From Hyaloraphidium curvatum SAG 235-1 (Eukaryota > Fungi > Monoblepharomycota): a stretch of DNA of 64,000 nt. Position numbers and translations under genes: made by a program. Position 1 is the stretch's first letter. Every line of letters starts with the position of its first letter. The notes beneath the pieces were generated by a model, which ran no database searches, had not been told where the DNA came from, and was given only the letters and a program-made list of their open reading frames with translations. Positions 56,662-64,000 of the stretch are shown here, one piece after another. The DNA lies in assembly GCA_025558095.1 (NCBI GenBank), contig JAIVFI010000018.1, positions 186,001-250,000 of the forward strand. The letters run 5' to 3'.

Positions 56662-57433
56662 GAACGTCAGCCAAATGGCAATCGCTCGTGCAAGCAGCCC
56701 ACCCTTAATCCGACGTGGCCGACAGGCATAGGCACAACGTGCATCCCGAACACCATACCGGGCTCGATCCCCGCCAAGCAATTCTCCGCCAGCATGAGCC
56801 TTGCCCCGCCGTCTTCGGGAAGGGGAGGTCCCTCCTCAGCGGGCTGAAAGAGGAAGACGACGGTGCCCTCCAGCTGATCCCGCATCTGGCAGAGCACTTT
56901 CGCGGCCCCCAGGAGCATCGCCACGTGCGTATCATGGCCGCAAGCATGCATTACAGGGAAAGGGCCCCCGGGGTAGTCGTTGTCGACGACGGTAGACTTG
57001 TACGGCAGGTCCTGGAGCTCCAGCACCGGCAAAGCGTCCATGTCGGCGCGCAGGCAGATGGTCTTGCCCGGCTTTGCCCCGCGCAGCACTCCGATGACGC
57101 CCGTTTTGGCGATCCCAGTCCGAATGTCCTCGACACCGGCCTGTTTCAAATAGTCGGCGACGATCTTCGCGGTGCGAAACTCCCGGTTCGGGAGCTCCGG
57201 GTGTTGATGAAGATCATGCCGCAGCTCGACGATGGCAGGCTTCAGAGAGGGAAACGGTGGAGAGAAATGGGGCAAGGATGGCGAATTCGTCGACGGCAGG
57301 AGAGGGAAGCGCGTTGGTGTGGTTGAGGAGTCAGGTACTTCACGAGAACAGCAAGCTCGGGGCTGTAACAGACCAATTCCTTCGCGATGAGCGCATCGAC
57401 GTCCACGTGAGCGGATCCGTTTGCGGAGGACAT
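55587..57433 (-). CDS. M20D amidohydrolase (Acy1-like, bacterial type), multi-exon
   Basis: RHDLHQHPEL, LRADMDALP, MHACGHDTH, FQPAEEG, GKQVHGSMPW, RFNII, MGYDDVS, FNHN. Confidence 0.9.
56591..56661. repeat. (GA)n microsatellite, ~31 perfect units plus a short imperfect tail, intronic
   Basis: Directly visible; lies between the branch point and the AG acceptor of an M20 intron. Confidence 0.98.
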
Positions 57434-57802
57434 GGTGGCGGCAAGAGGGAGCCCGTCCTTTTCTGTCTCCCCGGGGGGCAAGCAGAATGCGGAGCCCTCA
57501 ACCCGCGCGATCGCGATCATCCCTTGACTTCCTCCCGTCCGCTCTTATTCGCAGCGGCGCGCCACCACGCGATTTCCTGTCCCTGACCGACCGCCTTTAC
57601 GTATCTGTCTTCTTCTGTCGTGTCGCTACTTTCCCAGGCAACCCCGTGCGCGATGTCTCCGTAGGCTGCAAGCAACCCAGGCACTCGCTACATCGCTAGA
57701 TACGGGCAGTACGGGCAGTCTGGCACTCGGTTCGCTCTACCGGCCAGGCAGTCGTCACGCGGCGAGATACGGGCACTCTGGAGTTCGTCTGGGCTGTTCG
57801 GA

Positions 57803-59332
57803 ATGGACGATCCGATCGTCGTCGAGGATGACGACGCCATTCCTGCTCCAGCTGCGGCAGCAGGGCGCGGGCACACGCCGCTTCCGACGTCCCTCGCCAG
57901 TGCTACCGTCAATTACTCGGTGCAGGTTGTAGGACTGCCTGTTCTGGTCGTATCCTACTCTTTGGCTGTTTCGGGTTGGGTCATGGGCCTAGCTGTCTGG
58001 GTCGTCGTCGGCGTGTTGATGGGTTGGACTGCGCTCTTGACCTGCCGCTGCATCGAGTACGGACGGACCGATTATCCCATGGTTACCATGCTGGACATGG
58101 TTTCCGGTGCCTTTGGGTCCCCGGCTTTGTCGAGCATTGTGTGGTTCTGCTTCCTTGCCGAGCTCTTCGGGTCGAACGTTACTGCCTACATCGTTATTAG
58201 CCACTCAATGGTTCTTCTGTGGCCTAGTCTGTCGCCAATCGCGATCAATTGCTGGATCTCCGTGATCGCCTTTATCATGGCACAGTTCCTATCGTACAGG
58301 TTGCTGTCGCTGACGAGCGTACTCGGCATCTTTGTCTGCCTCTTCACCGTGCTCGTTGTTCCCTGGAACGGCTTGACGGTAGATCCTGGTACTCCTGGGA
58401 GCATCCTGACTCCCGCTCCGACGACGCTGTGGCCTGTTGACTGGACCAGCGCAACGCTGCTGTTCGGCATCGTGAGCGGCTCGTTTGCCGCCCACTCCAG
58501 CCTGCCCTCTGTCTATTTGAGCTTGGAGGACAGGGCAAAAGGCAACAGGGATGTCGCCATGGTGTCTCTCTCTTTTGCGTTTGCCTTTGCGAGCTACCTG
58601 GCAATTGGAGTTTGCGGATTCCTCATGTTCGGCACAAAGGTGGAGGAGGAGATCACAGTGAATCTCGGAAGGCTTCAGACAAACAAGGAGCTGAACCGGA
58701 TTGCTACTGCGCTGATTCTCCTTCTTCCAATGTTGGTGATTGTCGGACGGCCGCTTCGCTCCGCTAACTCTGTGTGCGCGATTAGGGCGCAGTATCCGCT
58801 TTGGCTCGAGCCCGTACGTGTTGCGGTAGACATGGCCATCACACGCTACGCCTACCACTTGAAAGTGGGACGTGAAGCCGTACAACCTCATCGCTCTTCA
58901 GCACGTCCTCAACTGCAGGAACCCTCGGAAAGCGATCCTGCGATACCGGTCGTCGCGGAGTCCGTTGCGGAGGACAAGGAGACTGAGCCGTTGCTTCAGC
59001 GGACCAGAAGTGGCTCGGTCTTCGACAGCCTCCGCACCCCGCTGCTGAGACTCTTTCTCATCATGCTCGCTATGACGATATCGATCCTCGTCCCGTCTTT
59101 TGCGAACCTTCTCAGCTTGACCGGCGCGCTGTGCAGCAGCGTGACGGCCATTTTGGTGCCCGTGGCTTGCTATCTGAAGCTGTTTTACTGGGACGGCCCG
59201 CCACCAAGATTGCCCGGCCAGCCGGAGCCATATAGGGCTTCCACAGTGGAAGTCGTGTTCGGCATTGCGTCTCTCGTGTTCGGGCTGTTGCTGGCCGTGA
59301 TAGGCACAGTAGGGACGATCCTGAACATGTGA
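57803..59332 (+). CDS. Vacuolar amino-acid transporter (AAAP/Aa_trans, Avt1-like)
   Basis: About 11 TM segments; FAAHSSLPSVY, GFLMFG...EEITVNL, PSFANLLSLTGA; probable in-frame intron near 58735-58786. Confidence 0.88.
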   Translation: MDDPIVVEDDDAIPAPAAAAGRGHTPLPTSLASATVNYSVQVVGLPVLVVSYSLAVSGWVMGLAVWVVVGVLMGWTALLTCRCIEYGRTDYPMVTMLDMVSGAFGSPALSSIVWFCFLAELFGSNVTAYIVISHSMVLLWPSLSPIAINCWISVIAFIMAQFLSYRLLSLTSVLGIFVCLFTVLVVPWNGLTVDPGTPGSILTPAPTTLWPVDWTSATLLFGIVSGSFAAHSSLPSVYLSLEDRAKGNRDVAMVSLSFAFAFASYLAIGVCGFLMFGTKVEEEITVNLGRLQTNKELNRIATALILLLPMLVIVGRPLRSANSVCAIRAQYPLWLEPVRVAVDMAITRYAYHLKVGREAVQPHRSSARPQLQEPSESDPAIPVVAESVAEDKETEPLLQRTRSGSVFDSLRTPLLRLFLIMLAMTISILVPSFANLLSLTGALCSSVTAILVPVACYLKLFYWDGPPPRLPGQPEPYRASTVEVVFGIASLVFGLLLAVIGTVGTILNM

Positions 59333-59385
59333 ATGTTCGTTGCAACCAAGTAATGCAGCGAATAAAGGGCACGACAACGAAAGGG

Positions 59386-61065
59386 CTACGAGTAGTAGTA
59401 GTCCAACCACAACAACGCCACTGTCATGACCTGACGAGCGACAGACGATCAACTGCCTGGCCCGAACATCAGACGGTTCAGCCCACCATCAGGAACACGA
59501 GAACGAGCGTACGACGGCCCCCAAATCGCTTCTGCGCGCTGCGAAGCTGCTCATTGGCCGCCATGACATTGTCGGTCTGGTGAATCGCCTCGTCGTGCAG
59601 GCGCTCGATCACGTCCTGCTGCGACTGAAGATGGAACGCAAGTTGGGACTGCAGCTGTGAGATCTCTTGGATCGATTGCGTTGCTTTCCTGTGTTGCACC
59701 AGACGAGGATTAATGGAAGTTGCCACGTCAGCCGGACGGAAAGGTACGAACCAAACTTGCTCCATGTTATCCTCCAGCTCCCGCAACAGCGTTTCATTCT
59801 CCCTCTCGAGCTCCATCTTCTGAGCCGGCGTCAAGAGCGAGTCCAGATCGTCTTCAGTAAACTGATTCGACGAGTTGACGAGGCTCTCCAAGCTGGAACC
59901 CGGCTTGATGAGGGGCCCCGCCGCCATCGGATCCTCGCTCTCCTTGGCGACAAACGACCCTGGTGCGCTCGCGGGGCTCCGGCTTTCCCGGGAATGCGAT
60001 CGCGCTCTCGCGCGATCCAAGCTTCTTTCCCGAGTTTGCGACGGCGAGCGACCCGTGCGACCGAACGCGGCATTCGTGAGGCGAGTCAGGGAGAACGTCG
60101 GGGTCGCGTTCAAATCAATGTTGGAGGGCGTCGGTACCACAAGCGACGTGGAGCTGGTGGTCCGCAGCTGCTCAAACTGGTTCACGTCCAGAATGGGCAT
60201 GGCCCTGGGCCTCATCCTGACAAGCGAACTCAGCAGAAATAGAACAGAGAAATGTCCGTATGTACTCACATGTCCCTCTTCTTCATGTCCCGCTCGGCCC
60301 GCTCCTCCATGAGCTGCCTCAGAATCGTCGAAGCATCCATGAGCTTCTTGTCCAGAAACCAAACAACCCCTATTCTGTGCTCTCTCAACAGCGCACGATG
60401 ATTTCGAACCGACAATGGCTCCGTCATCGTGGAGAGAATAGAGCCCGGGACGGAGTCCGGCAGGCGATCTGGCGTTGGCGGCGGTGAGCCCAGCTGCTGT
60501 TGACACTTGACCAGCCTTAAACTGACCGACTTCCTTCCTGAGCACCTGGATCTCGTTTGCAACAATCTTCAGGTACTTCTTCAGCTCAATCTCAATCTCG
60601 TCCTTCTCCTTGCCCGACAGAGTGGTGACGATGATCGTCTTGGGCTGCGGGGATCCCGCGCCGCTGCTAGATATCACCGGAAAGGCGACGCTGACGGGTC
60701 GTGCGTCCAGTCCATTGGGTAGTCGCCGCGTGAGGTCGAGGAACGGTCCCCGAATCGAGCGGAGGAACTTTCCCAGCTCGCTTATGTGACCGCTCTGAAC
60801 CCGCGCCAAGAACGGGTGTCCGTTCAGTTGATGTTCCGTGAGCTTTCCTCACGAAACCCACTATTCGGTAAGCTTCCTTCGTGAACGTGTCTTTTGGGGC
60901 AAACGGCTTCCTCCGCCGGAGGATGGACTTCCCAGGGTCCGAGTCTCCGTTCAGGGGGGCGGCAGCTCCGGCGGCCGGCTGCTGCCCCGGATCCTCCACC
61001 GTCAAGATACGCCGCACAAAGCGGCTGCTCCGTAGCGCGTCATCGAACACCGCTGTGATGTTCAT
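59386..61065 (-). CDS. UFE1: ER t-SNARE syntaxin-18/Ufe1, multi-exon
   Basis: MNITAVF...DTFTKEAYRI, QKMELERENETLL, SNARE motif EISQLQSQLAFHLQSQ...IERL, TM LVLVFLM|VMTVALLWLDYYYS*. Confidence 0.88.
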
Positions 61066-61253
61066 CGCCAGCAGAACGAGCCACGTCGTTGCGACGACGG
61101 TCCCCCGCGCAGCGGCGAGCAAACAACTTCTCTTCTCCGCCCTCACAACTGTAGAGGCTTGGTTAGGAAGTTGAAAGGCTCCGTCAAACGTGGCATTTGG
61201 TTTTGTTCGGACAACGCTCTGACGGAGCCGGATTCGCTGCCGCGCCTTTCGCG

Positions 61254-61838
61254 ATGGTGCTCAATCTCCTCTGGAACGCCGCGAGGCTCGTGGCCATCAT
61301 ATCCCCGTTTCCGTTCTACGCGTACCTGTGGCACTATCCGCAAAAGTTCGTGGATGTGGCATGCACCGATGGAGCGGACCCGTCGCACAGGATGGCGCAG
61401 ATTTCGACGGGCCTCAAGGCCCTGCAGATCCTGGCGCTCCTGACGACCGCCTCGTTCTCGAGCCACGTGTTCCCGCCGTGGTGGTCGCTCCTGCTCTTTG
61501 CGGGTGGCCAGTATTTGAACGTGCGGGCCTACCAGCTCCTGGGGGAGACGGGCATCTATTACGGCAACAGGTTCGGCAGGAACGTGCCGTGGGTGTCCGA
61601 GTTCCCGTACGGGACCATCAAGGACCCGCAGTACTGGGGCAGCATCATGAGCTTGCTCGGCGTAACGTGCTGGATCCCGCTGCGATGGGTGCTGCCGTGG
61701 ATTGCCGGTTACTTCCTAATGGTGGGCGGTACAGTGTCTGCCTCGGTGATTCTTCTTTCATCTAACGTAACACAGATGGAGGTTGAGCGCAAAGAGCCGA
61801 AGACGAAGGCCAAGGTCAAGGCTAAGCGCGAGAACTAG
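61254..61838 (+). CDS. Phospholipid N-methyltransferase (PEMT domain, plant PLMT-like), one 3' intron
   Basis: PFPFYAYLW, GQYLNVRAYQLLGETGIYYGNRFGRNVPWVSEFPYGTIKDPQYWGSIMS. Confidence 0.88.
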   Translation: MVLNLLWNAARLVAIISPFPFYAYLWHYPQKFVDVACTDGADPSHRMAQISTGLKALQILALLTTASFSSHVFPPWWSLLLFAGGQYLNVRAYQLLGETGIYYGNRFGRNVPWVSEFPYGTIKDPQYWGSIMSLLGVTCWIPLRWVLPWIAGYFLMVGGTVSASVILLSSNVTQMEVERKEPKTKAKVKAKREN

Positions 61839-61914
61839 CTGGAGGGTGGCGCATGGACCTCGACAGAGGAACTTGCTGTCTTTGAGCCCGGGCGGCAGGT
61901 AGTCTGTTCCTCAA

Positions 61915-63603
61915 TCAGAGGAATTTTCGGCCTATGAGCTCGGGTGGAAGATAGTCTTGCTCCACAGGCCCGTCGAAGTCTGGGTTGTACTGCCCGAGGC
62001 CTTAGAATCGACAGAATTGCCCGAGAGTCGCACATACCTTGTAGCCCTTTGAATAGCCAAGGTTTTGCATCAGGGACGTCGGCGCGTTCCGCAGGTGGAG
62101 AGGAACAGGGTAGGCGACCTCGGTGTTGACGGCTGCTTCGACCATCTTGAGCCCGCGGTACACCTCGACACTCTTCGGTGCCCTGGCAAGATAGACCACG
62201 CACTGCGCTATGCAGACGCCGCACTCGGGCATTCCAATAAACTGCACTGCCTGCCACGTAGCAATAGCCTGTACGAGAGCCTGGGGATCTGCCAGCCCGA
62301 CGTCCTCGCTCGCAAAGCGGATCAGCCGCCTGACGATGTAGAGCGGGTCCTCTCCGGCGAAAAGCATGCGTCCCATCCAGTAAAGCGCAGCATCCGCATC
62401 TGAGCCCCTCATCGATTTGTGCAACGCTGAAATCATATCGAAGTGCGAGTCCCCCTGGTCATACAGCAAATGGCTCTTTTGCAGTGCGGCCAGCACCCGC
62501 TCCGCGGTAATCGTGACGACGGGCCGTGTCGACTGCAGATCCTCGGCAACTGCGGTCACTGTCGATGAAGAATCTTCGCGGGGAATGTCTCTCGATGAAG
62601 AATCTTCACGGGGAACGTCGCGGGCCTGCTGTCTCTTGCTGGCGGCAACCGAGGCCTCGATCACCAGCTGAAGCGCATTGATCGCGCTCCTCGCATCGCC
62701 ATCGCACGCCGAGGCGACCCTGTGCAGTACATTGTCGTCCCACTGCACGTCCAACGACAACCTCTTGCATTGGATCTCCGTTGCCCGAGTCAGAATCGTT
62801 TCTAGCACGGGGATCGAGAGACTATGCATGACGACGGTCCGGCATCGCGAGAGAAGGGCGCTGATGACGCGGAAAGACGGGTTCTCCGTGGTCGCGGCAA
62901 CAAGCGTGAACTCGCCCTTCTCTACAAAGGGAAGAAAGAAGTCCTGTTGCGCCTTGTTGAAGCGGTGCACCTCGTCCACAAAGAGGACGGCGTTGCGAGT
63001 CTCGTCGGGGTGCGCTCTCTTGAACCCGGCTGCCCGCTCCGCTGCGGCCTTGACCTCCGCCATGTTCTCCTTGACTGCCGAAATCTCCCGATAGAATGCA
63101 GCGTGCTTCCCGATGAGGCGGGCAAGAGTGGTCTTTCCGCACCCGGGATTGCCCCACAGAATGAGCGACGGGCATTTGCCCGCCAGGATGAGGTCCTTCA
63201 GCAGGGAGTCGTCGCCGACAAGCTGGTCCTGCCCCAGAAGCTCTTCCAAGGTCTTTGGACGGGCGAGCTCCGCCAGAGGAACCGTCGGATCGTCCTCCGG
63301 CCGCGAAAGCCGAGGTCGTTTCGGTGCGGGCAGCGGGGAAACCGCCTGACCGACTTCAGCCCCAGAATGGCCCCCAGCTGCCGGTGCCGCGGAGCCCGAA
63401 GAAAGTTCTGGCTTGTCCCTCTTCCGTCCGAGGTCAAACAAGGTGACCTGCCTCGCTGGGGGCAGTGTGCGTGGGGGAAGTTGCTGGTGCCTCCCAGTCC
63501 CCTGCTTCGGCGGCATCGTTTCGGGACAGCCCGCGTCCAAATGCGCGTTGATCGAAATCGAATCAACGAGGCGAGAACAAGCCGGACACTCGACGAGCGA
63601 CAT
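61915..63603 (-). CDS. MGS1: Replication-stress AAA+ ATPase Mgs1/WRNIP1
   Basis: UBZ CPAC...INAHLD; GNPGCGKT; [14 protein letters not shown]; [12 protein letters not shown]; last exon [15 protein letters not shown]. Confidence 0.95.
62562..62622 (-). repeat. 30-bp coding tandem duplication in MGS1 ([20 protein letters not shown])
   Basis: tcgatgaagaatcttc(g/a)cggggaa occurs twice. Confidence 0.85.
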
Positions 63604-63692
63604 CGCGGCAACGGGGTTCTAAGGTCGATGGGACGACCGACCCGGCCGCGGCGCGCGCGCGAGTGCGTGTGAGGGCAGGACCGAACGCAAAG

Positions 63693-64000
63693 ATGCCCGC
63701 AACCGCCGCCTTAGACGCGCGCGACAGAGTTGCCTCCTTGCTTTCGAAGCATTCGAGCAGCATCTTGATGGCGAACCGCGATGCGGTCCAGGAAAAGCTG
63801 TTTTCGCTCGCTTCGGGAGGGCCGGAGGCTCTGCACATCGTGGCCGATTTCGACATGACCCTGACCAAGTACTGGGTTCCCGGACCGGCCGACGGGAAGC
63901 TGCAACGGAACGTATCCTCACACGGCCTCGTGATGCGCAGCAGCGCCATGACGGATGAGCTCCGCCGCCGGACGGACGACCTTTACAGGCTCTTCTACCC
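63693..64000 (+). CDS. Pyrimidine 5'-nucleotidase (NT5C3/UMPH-1, HAD family), 5' part
   Basis: MPATAALD...GGPEALHIVADFDMTLTKY...SSHG...LYRLFYP; open to the window end. Confidence 0.9.
   Translation, partial: MPATAALDARDRVASLLSKHSSSILMANRDAVQEKLFSLASGGPEALHIVADFDMTLTKYWVPGPADGKLQRNVSSHGLVMRSSAMTDELRRRTDDLYRLFY

Noticed and set aside
56468-56781. ORFs with ERERER or LSLSLS runs
   Set aside because: These are translations of the intronic (GA)n microsatellite.
57800-63600. Visibly lower GC in the right-hand part of the window as a foreign island
   Set aside because: The region carries ordinary eukaryotic genes (Avt-like, UFE1, MGS1) with normal introns; regional composition drift is sufficient.

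Overview
This is GC-rich, gene-dense eukaryotic DNA, not prokaryotic. It has short (~50-60 nt) GT-AG introns, head-to-head gene pairs and about 40 genes. CBM18 chitin-binding repeats, Atg15, BUB1, TAF10, SNW1, DIM1, RPP0 and UFE1 suggest an early-diverging zoosporic fungus, possibly Monoblepharidomycota-like (inference only). Most entries in the six-frame ORF track are antisense or out-of-frame artefacts of high GC, so gene models were rebuilt by hand across introns and their boundaries are approximate. Family assignments come from motif recognition, not database searches. Three results stand out. (1) An intact, intron-containing AIPR (abortive-infection/phage-resistance family) gene of bacterial type carries an added N-terminal NLS-like segment and CCHC zinc knuckle, and sits head-to-head with a degenerate TPR/J-like gene. 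(2) Ribosomal stalk protein P0/uL10 has a third P1/P2-binding helix encoded by a symmetric 93-nt exon, which predicts an archaeal-like heptameric or splice-switchable stalk. (3) Several further bacterial-looking genes differ in intron number, alongside a five-module 30-Cys metallothionein, a plant-type PLMT and a decayed dynamin/Mx-like gene.
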